This document shows positions 14,139 through 25,432 of a DNA stretch of 64,000 bases, piece by piece. The notes beneath the pieces are model-generated. The model made no database searches, was not told the DNA's origin, and saw nothing but the letters and a program-made list of their open reading frames with translations. The stretch is from positions 4,712,001-4,776,000 of the forward strand of contig JBHGNT010000009.1 in the NCBI GenBank assembly GCA_043228905.1, written 5' to 3'. Numbering within the stretch: position 1 is the first letter of the stretch; every line of letters begins with the position of its first letter. This DNA comes from Azolla caroliniana. Taxonomy: Eukaryota; Plantae; Polypodiophyta. A program made the translations under genes and the position numbers.

Positions 14139-14444
14139 ATATGTACACCCTTCTTCTCAAGAAGTTGAAAATGTATTGTGCGCGTCAATGACTTCTATTA
14201 GGGAAGTGGGGCCATCAAGTAGGGGTGGGGTTGTTTATAAACATGCTTGTGCAATAAGTGTGGCACAAAAGGAGCTCAAACTTGTGTTGGACCACTTGTT
14301 GATAAACATAGGATGCAATTATTTAGTGCCAATTTCATAGGTTTAGGCTTTTGTCTTGTAGGATTAATTAACATATGTCTTGACCTTTGTTTGCTAATAC
14401 TGTTATTGTAATCATCCCCTAATCATAACGTTGCATAGGATGGT

Positions 14445-14830
14445 GGATGTGGGTAACTTGCCATGTACTATTTAGTGCTTTGTTTACTGAATAACACGAG
14501 ATTGTTTTGATTAGTGTGGCATTGGAACTCTTATGACATGCAAGCTAGTTGCCAATCATTTATTACCACCTCTATGTTGATGTGTTGTTGAAATTATTAA
14601 TGCAAGTTGACCATGATTGATGATATCAATGCATTGCATACAATGGACATGGGTAACATGTCATGTACTATTTGAGTTGTGTGTTTACTAAATAACACAA
14701 CATTGTTTTTATTAGTGTGGCATAATGGCGTGGAACTCTTATGGCATGCAAGCCACCTAGTCTTTTATCATCACCTCTACAATTATGTGTTGTTGATTAT
14801 TAATGAATATTGACAATGATTGATGATTGT
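14445..14830. repeat. Degenerate tandem duplication of about 200 bp
   Basis: TGGGTAAC..CATGTACTATTT...AATAACAC...ATTAGTGTGGCAT...GGAACTCTTATG.CATGCAAGC occurs at about 14450 and 14650. Confidence 0.7.
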
Positions 14831-15882
14831 TAATTCAACATGCAATACATGAGCCTAGAAAGAACATCGCCAAGGTTAAACCAAGTTGTGAGAAATGGAA
14901 TTACCATTGAGCCACAGTGATGAAGTACAAACCAATACATGGCACACTTCCTTAGGTTTGGTCCCATGGACAAAAAACACAAACTGATAGTTTGGTTTTG
15001 TCATTTTTGGTTGAGAGTCTTGACCATAAGATGGTGCATGCTTGCCATTATTGTCCAAATGATTGAACATTAACTCATGAAAAGTAATGGTGAATGTGTA
15101 CACTCTGAGGAGATATTTATTATAGTTATCTATGTATATGAAATAAAGTGAATAACAATTATCATGACAACTTCAACAATGGTTGTACCCTATTTATGGT
15201 GTTCATCATATAGAGAGAGAATTTGTTTTCAAGTTGCCCTACTATGGGACTAACTCATGACTTGTTGTGTCATATTTTTTTAAGATGCCATTGCTTACTT
15301 CAAAGCCATGGTAGAGGTTATTGTCTTTGGTGACATGAATATCATGATAGGATTATCATGCGTGAAATGCTATGAGTGAAATTGTATGGGAGAAATAATA
15401 TGAAATATATCATGTTTGTTTCATGTTACGGTACACTCTATCACAGGCTCCCAATCTATGCTTCTTACATTTCTATTAAAAAATATAACCAACAATGGTA
15501 TTTGAGATAGGTCCATTCAAAGGAATTTGGCATAGATCAATTCCAACATGACAAAAAAAGGCAAAGAACCAACAGTTTTTCTCTCAACAAAGCCAAATAT
15601 AAGTGACTAACTTTTCCCAAAGTACCCCGAATCATATGGTAAAAAATCTTTGATCAATTGAAGATACTACACTCAAATGTCATTGAGAAGAAGAGGATCA
15701 ATAACTAATGGAGATTATCTTCAAATCTAGAATAAAAAGAAGAAAAGATGAAGGTTGAATGCATAAATAAATACCATAGGATCTAACACTTCAAATCCAG
15801 GGTTGTAAGCTTGAACACCAATGCCACCACACCATCATTTGTATTACTATATAGCAATCTTCAATTTCATTGTTTCATCATC

Positions 15883-16640
15883 TAGGAATAGTCAACAATT
15901 CGATTTAGGCTTAACCGGTTTGCCCTTATCCAAGCCAAACTGGTTAAGCCTAAACCATTTTGGGGTTCTCAAACCTGAACCGATCCAATCCCTAAACTGG
16001 TTTAGGCTAAACCGGTTTGTGAACCAGTTTGGGACAAAAAAAATTACAGGTGTAAGAAACCCAAAAAACACCACTACCACTTCCTCCTACTCTTCTTCTC
16101 CTCCTCATAACTCCCACCTCCTCAACCTTACCACCGATGAGTCCGAATTCAACTCCAAGTCCCACATCCACGACTCCTTCTCCGTAGACTACTACGATTG
16201 GTTGGCCAACATCCATCAATTCCCTGCCTCCCACCACCCAAACCACGAGCCCTGATGCTATGGCGACCTCTCGGTCTTGGTGATCCAATCCTTCTCCAAA
16301 TTTGACAACTCAAAGAGAATTGGAATTAATATTTTAACCTATATGTACAAAAAGAATGTATATAACACCAAGGAGGTCCTACTCCTCATGATCGTCCACT
16401 ATGCAAGCTCCCTCTCCCTCTCTCTTGTCACTCAAGCGTCGTTGCCTATGGCTTCCTATCAATCTCTCTCTCAAGTTCTAACTTCTAACTACTAATTGTC
16501 TAATTTCTAACTTTCTAAACCCTAATTATTGAATAACATAAACGGCTTAAATTGCTTGAACCGGTTTGGCAAGGCTCAAGCCAAGCTGCTAAGCCATTTT
16601 TAAACGGTTTAGGCTTGAGCCAAGCCGTTGCCAATCCCTA
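15883..16640. mobile_element. Probable old non-autonomous hAT-like element (MITE)
   Basis: Imperfect terminal inverted repeats (TAGGAATAGTCAAC versus reverse complement of right end TAGGGATTGGCAAC); clustered AACCGGTTT/CAAGCC subterminal motifs at both ends; no matching TSD found. Confidence 0.5.
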
Positions 16641-17204
16641 ATTGCCTATATTTTCCATTTGCCTAAAATGTTCATTTCCTCATTGCAAGTCGAATTGAAA
16701 ACCTTTGGGGAAGAAAAATATCAGAGTTTACAAAGTTTACCATGCATTCATTTGTCAGCAAACACACACATCTCTCGAATTTAGATGAACAAGGTTTCAT
16801 TTTCAGCATCCGGAATTTTGAGCATCCCAATGATGCAAGAATCTTGAAACTAATTCAATACTCAATTTGACCTCATTCAAACAATGATGAAAAGAATGGG
16901 GTCACAATCCTGTTTCTTATTTCCTTTAAAAAAAACTGAGATGAAAAAATCACAAGAACGAAAAAAAAATGCAATGACAATCATCTCAGCTCAGACAACT
17001 CCATATGGAAAATGATACATTGGGAATATGGATTGCATACATCTTGAGCATTTCCCTCGTGGGAAGAGTAAAATTCCATGTCTTACAATTGGATTTCCTT
17101 GATAGTGATTCAAGGAGTATTAGTTCAAAACTACAGGCAATCTTGGCACCAACAACCACTAATAATAGTACCCCATCATAAAAGCAAGTGACAACCATCT
17201 GCCA

Positions 17205-20200
17205 TCATTTCATATATTTCTGAAGAAACTTGCGATGGAAGTCATTCCTAATCGTGTCATTAATGAATCTCTTTGCCACCTTTGGCTCACCTCGAGCTTG
17301 GTTCTTGAAAACAACATCATCATCCCATCTGAACATAACCACAAATTATTGAACCTGATGAGTAAAATAACTCTTTCCAACATAAAAAAGTAAACACCTT
17401 CAATCTTTGGACTCTTACCTTCTCTTCACGGAGAAGTTTGGATTCATCAATGGATTTCCCCTCACAAGCTCAACTTCTTTAGCTTTAAGCTCTTCCTCCA
17501 TCTTTAGCTTCTCCTGTAATTCAATTCAAAAAAGATATCAACATCATTATCAAAGTAGCTGGCTTTGAGTATCATGGTACCAGCTACCAAAGAAGTTTGA
17601 TTTTTGGTTCACGTACCATTCTCATTTTTTCTTCAGCTCTTTCTTTCTTGATTCGTTCCAACTCTATAAGCAAAGCTGCTGTATCATCTTCATCATCGTC
17701 GCTATCACTATACATGTATGTAGTGATAAATAAGTTAACAAAACTAGATAGAAACAATAAACTCTAAGAAAAATCCGATTCAATGGGTTTTCTTAAATAA
17801 AACTACCTTTCATCCGAATCACTTTTAAGATCCACATCTGAATCATCTGCATCTATATTCTTTATAGCTAGCTTCTCTTCTGCATCCCTTCTTCCTGCAT
17901 AGTCAAAAAGTAGCTTGTTAAAACCATACACAAGTGGCTCATATTTTTTGGGAGTTTCTTTCTTTTAACAACAAAAACAATCCACGCAAATAAAGAAAGG
18001 TTTACCTCCATTCTCGAGATATGGAGCACCTCTCCTCCTCTCCCGGTCATCTGAAAAGAGAATCCAATGAGAAACTTCCATTACAAATAGAACATAAAAC
18101 AAACAAAACACTAATACACCATCTAAATTTGAAAAGATAATATACCATAACCCCTGTCTTTGGAAGTAAAGTGTTTCCTTTCACGTTCCTCCAACTCCTC
18201 ACGAAGGTTTCGTTTGCGAAGCTCTTCTTGAGTGTCTTGACCTTCCTTTCTGTGTAATAATTTCACCATCAGGAACTTCAAATAATCATATAAAAAGTAA
18301 CAAACTCTACACAGTAAAACATCCTGGAATGGTTCAATGATCATATAAAAAGTAACATCAACCTAACAAACTCTACACAATAAAAATCCCTGAAATGGTT
18401 ATGCTATATCAAACAAATCTAACAATATCAGCCAATAATCCAATATGGGAAAAGAAACATCATGGAGGGGAAAAAATATAGCATATTCATAACGTTTAAA
18501 TGTGAAAAGACTACATTCCTATGTTTCCGGGAGTGAATATTATTCAAACAATTCAGTAAACCTTCAGTTACATTAGAATACTCAATATGTAGAATTTAGT
18601 ACAAAAAATTGATCCTAGGCGTGTTGTGATCAAAGCCTGAATTCATCTTTCCTTCATATCAGAATAGAATCTCTTTGCAAGCCTTCAATTTAGATGTTAT
18701 CATGAGATAATACGATGTCCTATCTGTATTAATATGTATTGCATATACATATATACATAATTTACAAGCAGTGTGCACTTGTGAAAGTCCCCAAGAAACC
18801 ATAAAAATGTATTGTTCTACAATAGCGGCAATAGGTCCAATGACCACCCATCTTTAATATCACTTTGTTGAATTATGCTAGAAGCTGAGACTAAGCTCGG
18901 CATTCAGTTACATACTTGCTGGAAGCCTTTCTTATATCAATCTGAAGAAACAATCGTGAAAAGCTCATGGATAGAAATTATACAACAATCCTTAACATGT
19001 TTAATGTTGAAATGACCACATGAGAATATAATATCAACGCAAGTGAATTAGCACTTGCAAGAAAGAAGATCTGATCAGAACACAGCTGAAAGAAACTCTA
19101 AATTTGAGACAATGGCCAACAATGGCCAGGAGAAAATGGGGAATTTGCAACTTCAACAGATAACAGAGAAAAAAATTAAATTAAAAGAATTTGCATGCTG
19201 GAGACGGAGATGCCCCTTTCATAAATTCAAAACAGCATTATAAAAGAACATTAATTTTGGAAATGGGACATTGAATCAACTTGTGATTTACATTGATTAA
19301 CAAACAGATAAATCCTAAATTAAAAGAAAGGTAATATGAATGTGTACATAAGTTCAAAACATACAAACCTAAAGTACAAGCAAAACTAACAAACCAGATA
19401 TATTCAATTTCAACAGATAACAGACAAAGAAACCCTAAATAAACAACAAAGAAAGGTAAAGGAACCAGATATGCAGTTTCAATTGATTCGCAGACAAAAG
19501 AAAGAAATCCTAATTCAGAATCAATAAGGAAAAACACATGGAAAAAAATGCAATATTAACAAATTTGAATAGCAGTAAATCCAAAGGAACGAAAACTGAA
19601 CATGCTAAGCAACTTTCAAACATCCTGGACTGCGTATTCATAAAAGCACTATCGACCAAACTAAAAGTAGAGCTAATTTTAAGAGTGGATTTGGGAAAAG
19701 AAAAGAGCTTGCCAATACACAACATCAACAGACTCAACCACAAAAACTAAACCCTAAATCAAAAGAAGAAGCATCGGAAACAAAATAAAAACATCAGGTG
19801 AAAATAAAAAACCCTAATTTGAAGCAAGATCAATAAAAACAAATAAAAGCACTTGCCAATATGCAGCATCAGGGGATTTCACATCGAGAAAAGAAACCCC
19901 AGGAAATCAAAACAAACAGCCTATCGCATATTCATGAAAGGTAAGAGATTACAAGGAAAGAACAGAAAATCAGGTAACAGAAAGCATATGATAGAAATAT
20001 AATAGATCAAAGAAACCAAATAGCAGATGATAGAAACACAACACCAGAGATAGCAGGTGTCAAGAACCAGGATTACTGGAAACAGGAATAAAACCACAAC
20101 AGAGATCAAACACAACAAAAGGCAAAAGAACCCGAGTAAAAAACAAAAATTTAAAAAAAAATTTAAAACAGAACAGGATAGCCGACCTGACCTGGTTTTG

Positions 20201-20322
20201 AGGTTAGTGTGGGCGGCGAGGTCGCGAGAGGAGAACTTCTGGGAGGGAGCGAACATGCGAGTGCCGCCCTGTTCCTGGCCCCCTCTCGCGGGAGCCCAAG
20301 TGGGCCGTGCAGCAGTCGTCAT
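17205..20322 (-). CDS. CWC15: Spliceosome protein CWC15/Cwf15. Exons 20322-20192, 18249-18146, 18050-18006, 17894-17807, 17707-17617, 17513-17419, 17328-17205
   Basis: N-terminus [15 protein letters not shown]...[14 protein letters not shown]; GQDTQEEL...[12 protein letters not shown]; DADDSD; [16 protein letters not shown]; C-terminal [16 protein letters not shown]...[21 protein letters not shown]; GT-AG introns in consistent phase. Confidence 0.95.
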
Positions 20323-22342
20323 CTCTCACGCTCTGTTCTTCTGCTCCCTCCTTACTTCTTAGCCTTCTTCGCGTTTTCTAGGGTTCTCTCTCCCTCTCTG
20401 TTTCTCTGTCTCTGTCTCTGTCTGTCTGTCTATGTCTCTGTCTGTCTGTCTCTGTCTCTCTGTCTCTGTCTGTCTACTCTGTGCGTCTCCGTCTGATGAG
20501 ACTCTGAGAAGGAGAAGAAGCAGAAGGAGAAGGAGTGTATACATACATACATACATACATACGTGTGTATTTATATACCTATCTCCTCTCGTATACGTTT
20601 TTATATACACGTGTACATATACGGTGGCGTATTTTTATACGGTTGCGTTTTCACGGGACGTACTTGTAGTTTCTCACAAAATTCTGCCTCTACCCCTGGA
20701 ATTCTCTTATGTTTGGAATCCTACTCCATCAATCGTGCGGGTGAAGAAATAACGACTCGTCTCAAATGCATTCATGTTTTAAAGCTACTGCCCAAATGCA
20801 AAACCCATTGTGCCCAACATTGCCAGTGACAAGGTAATGACCAAGATGGCTTTTTAGCACTTCGGGCATGTGCGAGGACTTTGTGTTTGGAATCCTACTC
20901 AATCAATTGTGCGGTGTTGCAAAAATGTGTGTGTGTGCTACTCGAGCGGGACCATGAGGGTCTTATACTAAGGAGGACGCAAAACGTAGAGGATATGCGA
21001 GCGTAGACTACACTTGAACATAAATGGGACTCGAATGTAGAGGTGGGTGTAGAGGAGACTTGAATGCTTAGGGGGCTTGAAAGTAGAGGGAACTCGAGAA
21101 CTTAGAGAACTCGAACGTTCAGCCTCCACGACTTCCCTTCTCTCATCTCCTCGCACTCTCTCTTCCGCAAAGGCACTCATGAGCGATTAGCACATGGGAT
21201 TAGGCCTAATACACTTCATTGATGCAAGTACATGAGATTAAAATTAGAATGTCTTCATATTTAAGAAGTAGATGGTAGTTTATACAAGAAATCCCTTTGT
21301 AAAGTAGGGTTTAGAAAACGTTCGTAAAGATTAAGTACAAGGGTGGTAACAAGTAGCGATACAATGAACGATTAAAAAATAACCATTAAGTATAAAACAC
21401 AAATGAAAGTTGAGGAGGTGGTTGAGTTTGTGATGAAGGTGCGAGTCAAGTGGGCACCCAAAACCTCACCTACATTCAATGACAATGGCCCTCAAGTTGA
21501 AGTAGTGTCCTCGGAACTTCTTCCTCCCCTTTAACAGCTGGTGTGTGAGTTTGGTGAACCCCTTCTTTGAATCCACCAACACATAATGGCACTCACTAGA
21601 GAATCGGCCTCAAGGTATGATTGAGAACAAGAACCAAGAACCTTAATACTCATGAAGAAGAGGGAAAGGAAACCCCTAAGACCTCAAGTATATCGAGGAG
21701 ACGGAGAAGAAGAAGAAAGATATCACAAAACCCTAATGATGCACTCTCAAAACAAGTGACCCGAAATATGCTCTCTTCTCCTCTTTTATAGAGGATACGC
21801 TTATTTTCGGCATTAAATGTATTTATTCCCTTTTGCGTTAAAAATAAATGATACAATAAGTGTTTAATACACGTTAATAGAGATTCAAATTTTGCACCTT
21901 TTATACGTAGTCAATGGCTCAAACCACTATGCCAATGGTCTTTATTTATTATAATAATATTTTCGTATAACCATATGTTTTTGTGGTCATGGTCAAACCC
22001 CCTGTTTATCCACTTTCTACCTTCGGCCATGCCACATCATGATGACAATGAGAAAAAATAATGACTAATCTAAAATGTATTGGTGTTTCAAAGCTAGTGC
22101 TAAATGCAAGCCGTTGTGCCCACCATTACATTAGCATGTTGGAGCATGGAGAGGTTTAGATGAGAAGGTAGAATGATTCTCATGTTATCCCTTGACCAAT
22201 AATTTGAGGATGAATAACATTCACACTCGATATGAAGCATGTGTTGCTATTTCGAAATGCCTCCCACCTTGAAGCACTAAACGTACCAATAGCACACAAC
22301 TCTTAAAAGTTAGTTAACACCATCCAACTTCTAGTTACTTAC

Positions 22343-22785
22343 TGTTAAGAATTAGGTAAGTAATTAAGCAAGGGTTAATTAGTACCTAATTATGTGATTA
22401 GTTGATAAGCGGAAGATTAAGTGATATGTGTGTATGTGTGTGAGAGGAAGAGAGAGAGAGAGAGATACACTTATGAACAACACAAGATGGGGGATGAGTA
22501 ACTATATTAAATTAGCTTTATCATCATCAAAAACAAAAATACCCACAATGAGGTATATATAAATCTCATGTGCAAAGGTGCACATGTGTGAGTGGAATAT
22601 AGGTACTAAGGTGTAAGTCCTATATTAAATGTACTTAGGAGTGGAGGATCTAGAATATCCCACTTAAGTACAAGGTCCTATTTAAGGCGTTATAGTCAAC
22701 ACTTCTAACTAGATTCTATCTAGGTAATTATAAAGTTACATGGTTGACTAAGTAACTAAACTAAGTTGAGCTTGATCTCTCAACA
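22343..22785 (-). repeat. Copia 3' LTR
   Basis: Matches 31644-32086 with about 7 substitutions counted by eye. Confidence 0.95.
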
Positions 22786-22929
22786 CGCCCCCTCAAGCTC
22801 AAGTGGGAGGCGTCCGACATCCGCTTTGGCTTTCGTCGGCTTCGTGTGCTTCCGTCCAGCCTTCGGCTTTCTTCGCCATGGCAATCTCGGTTCCTCCCCC
22901 TCAAGCCGGTGACAAAGGCTTGTAGTGTG

Positions 22930-23762
22930 TGGGTGAAGGTCGACTACTTCCACCCATCACGGGTTACGAGCTGCTTCGGTGGAGCTCTTGGGCTCTTGTT
23001 CGGCCGCTACCTCCATCGCGAAGGCGTAATGATGGGCCATTTACTCGTTGTAGCCGAGCCGAGTGACATGATTCTTCAAGAGCGTCGAAGTTTTTCGCTC
23101 GCTGATGTGAGCGCCTTCTTTACTCCGGGTTTATGCATGATGGGTACACCAAACTCACTGTCTAGTGAGGGAGCCGATCCATCCGAATCATTGTCGTCGG
23201 GGTGGTCGACTTCGTATTCGGGCATCTTACCTTTGCCTTTCTCCAAGTTTGTACTTGGCCGTGACGTGCTTGGGTCGCGTGGGGGCTCTTGTGGCCCACT
23301 AGGCTTTGTCGTAATCGGACTTTCTTCGAACATGTGTTCGAAGCGATCTCCATCTTCTACCTCTTGTTTGGCGGATTCCGGGTCGAGCGGAGTTAGAGTC
23401 GAAGTTGTCTCCAGTGCGTACCGGGATGCAGGCTCGTCGAAGACTACGTCTCGACTTACCTGAACCGCTCGGGTAGAAGGGTCGTAGCACTTGTATGCCT
23501 TCTTCTTGGACGAGTATCCTATGAGGATACATTCCTTCGACTTTGCGTCGGGCTTTTGTCGTTGTTCGTTCAGGATGCGTACATTCGCAATGCTTCCAAA
23601 CACCTTGAGGTGCGACAAGATTGGCTTCCTTCCAACGAGGAGCTCGTAGGGAGTTAGCTCATGAACTCAATTGGTGGTGCACGGGTTCATGAGATAGACG
23701 GTCGCGGATGCCACGTCGGCCCAATAGAAGTTCGGCATGTGTTTCTCATGTATCATGGCGTC
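22930..23762 (-). pseudogene. Copia integrase C-terminal part and linker, ending where RT should begin
   Basis: AMIHEKHMPNFYWA, HLKVFGS, KSKECILIGYS..KKAYKCYDP, VSRDVVFDE, then EPKSSTEAARNP-stop-W. Confidence 0.85.
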
Positions 23763-24220
23763 TGTCATGACGACATACATTTTGGCCTTACAAGGATTCG
23801 AGCCCAAGATGTCTTGGTCTATATGTTAGACCTTTAACCATTATACTAACATATATGATGTATAGTTATAATAAATGTATTATTAGTTATTACAAAACAT
23901 TTAGAGTATTCTAGAACAATCTAGAGTATTCTAGAACATTCTAGGATATTCCATGATTATATTAAATATCATAAATATCTAAAATATTCTAGAACATTCT
24001 AGAATACTCCATAAGGACCTATAAATAGGTGTCTATTCATTCATCACAACTCATTCGGTTCAACACCAGTTTGTAGCCCCTTAGCCTACTCTTTGTAATC
24101 CTTGCTCTCTTATAATATCAACTCTCTTTCCATTTCTAGTATTCTTTCTCTCTCTTCTCTCTCTCTCTCTACCTTCTACTTTCATCTTATTTTTCTCTCT
24201 CCTATTCTCAAGTCACGACA
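23763..24220 (+). repeat. Gypsy 5' LTR with TATAAATA at 24020-24027
   Basis: Near-identical to 29058-29523 apart from a few substitutions, small indels and CT-microsatellite length. Confidence 0.95.
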
Positions 24221-24313
24221 GTTTGAACCGAATTTATCTCTTTTCTTCTTCTCCAACTTCTTCTTCTTATCTTAACCTTATTCAACCAAATCTAGCAATT
24301 TTCTATCACAACT

Positions 24314-25432
24314 ATGGAGTCCGTCAGCAAGCAAGAATATATGCGTGTTCTTTCCGAGCTCGAAATGCTAACAACCAAATTCGTGGCACTAGAGCATGAA
24401 AATCAAAGATTGCTGGGAGACCTACAACAAGTAAGTGCTGAGAAAGTACAACAATATGAAGAATTATCTCAACGGGTGCATCAATTGGAGACTACTCTAT
24501 TGCAACGACAAGCGGCGGAAGTTCAAACCTTGCCGAAGGAACCCAAGATTAGTCTGCCAGCCAAGTTTGATGGTACAAGGTCTCAATTTCGTGGATTTTT
24601 AAATCAGGTACGACTTGTGATTAAATTGCATCCTAGCCGTTACCCAACTGATGTTGCTCGTGTGGGTCTAGTTGGTACCTTGTTAACGGGTACCGCATTA
24701 GCGTGGTTTGCACCACTCCTAGAGAAGCACTCACCATTATTAGAAGATTTTGAAGGGTTTATTAATGAGTTCCAAGCCAACTTTGGAGACACTGATAGTA
24801 TGAGGACTGCAATAAACAAAATTCAGCGATTACGACAAGGAGATCGTCCTGCTTCCGCTTATGTTGTAGATTTTCGCCTTCTAGCATGTGATATTCCATG
24901 GGACGAGGCGGCATTAATGGACCAATTTCGTCAAGGTCTGCGCAATGATGTGAAGGATTTACTTCTTACCTTCCATGATGATCCAAAATCTCTTACTGAA
25001 GTAGTAAGCCGGGCCATGCGATGTGACAATCGCTTATTTGAGCGGCGTTCTGAGTGCCAACAAATGTTACACTTTCGACCAACAGAAACATATGCTTCGG
25101 TGGTTGCAACTCCACCCCAAGTATCAAAGTCAAGTGTGGTGGAAGGCCCTACTCCAATGGAAATTGAGACAACACGACGTCGAGGACCATTATCGGATGT
25201 TGAAAAGCAACGATGGCGAGCGAATCATCTATGCCTCTATTGTGGTGGTCCAGGGCATATTGCTGTGAATTGTCCACATAAACCATGACGACAAGTTAAC
25301 CAAGTAAGTGCTCATGACAATCCCATCTCAATTTCTATCTTGCCTTCTCGTAACCCAAGTAGGCCTAGTAGTCCCTGTCATAAAAATACATTTGATGTCT
25401 TGAGCAAATTAGATGATGTGTTAAACGAGTAA
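24314..25432 (+). pseudogene. Gypsy gag (retrotrans_gag/PEG10-like capsid plus CCHC); premature TGA at 25286-25288, probable natural TAA at 25430-25432
   Basis: LPAKFDGTRSQFRGFLNQ, LRQG, FRQGL, PTPMEI, CLYCGGPGHIAVNC. Confidence 0.9.

Noticed and set aside
20359-20829. Short ORFs upstream of CWC15
   Set aside because: They arise from CT/CTGT and TACA microsatellites in the 5' UTR/promoter region
20860-22340. Possible old LTR-element remnant next to the Copia element
   Set aside because: No second LTR, PBS or coding motif could be identified with confidence
22846-23463. 205-aa plus-strand ORF (also 29688-30395) as an antisense gene
   Set aside because: Antisense shadows of GC-rich Copia coding sequence with no recognisable motifs
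24314-25288. Domesticated PEG10/RTL-like gene
   Set aside because: It lies between two LTRs with a decayed pol, so it is ordinary retrotransposon gag
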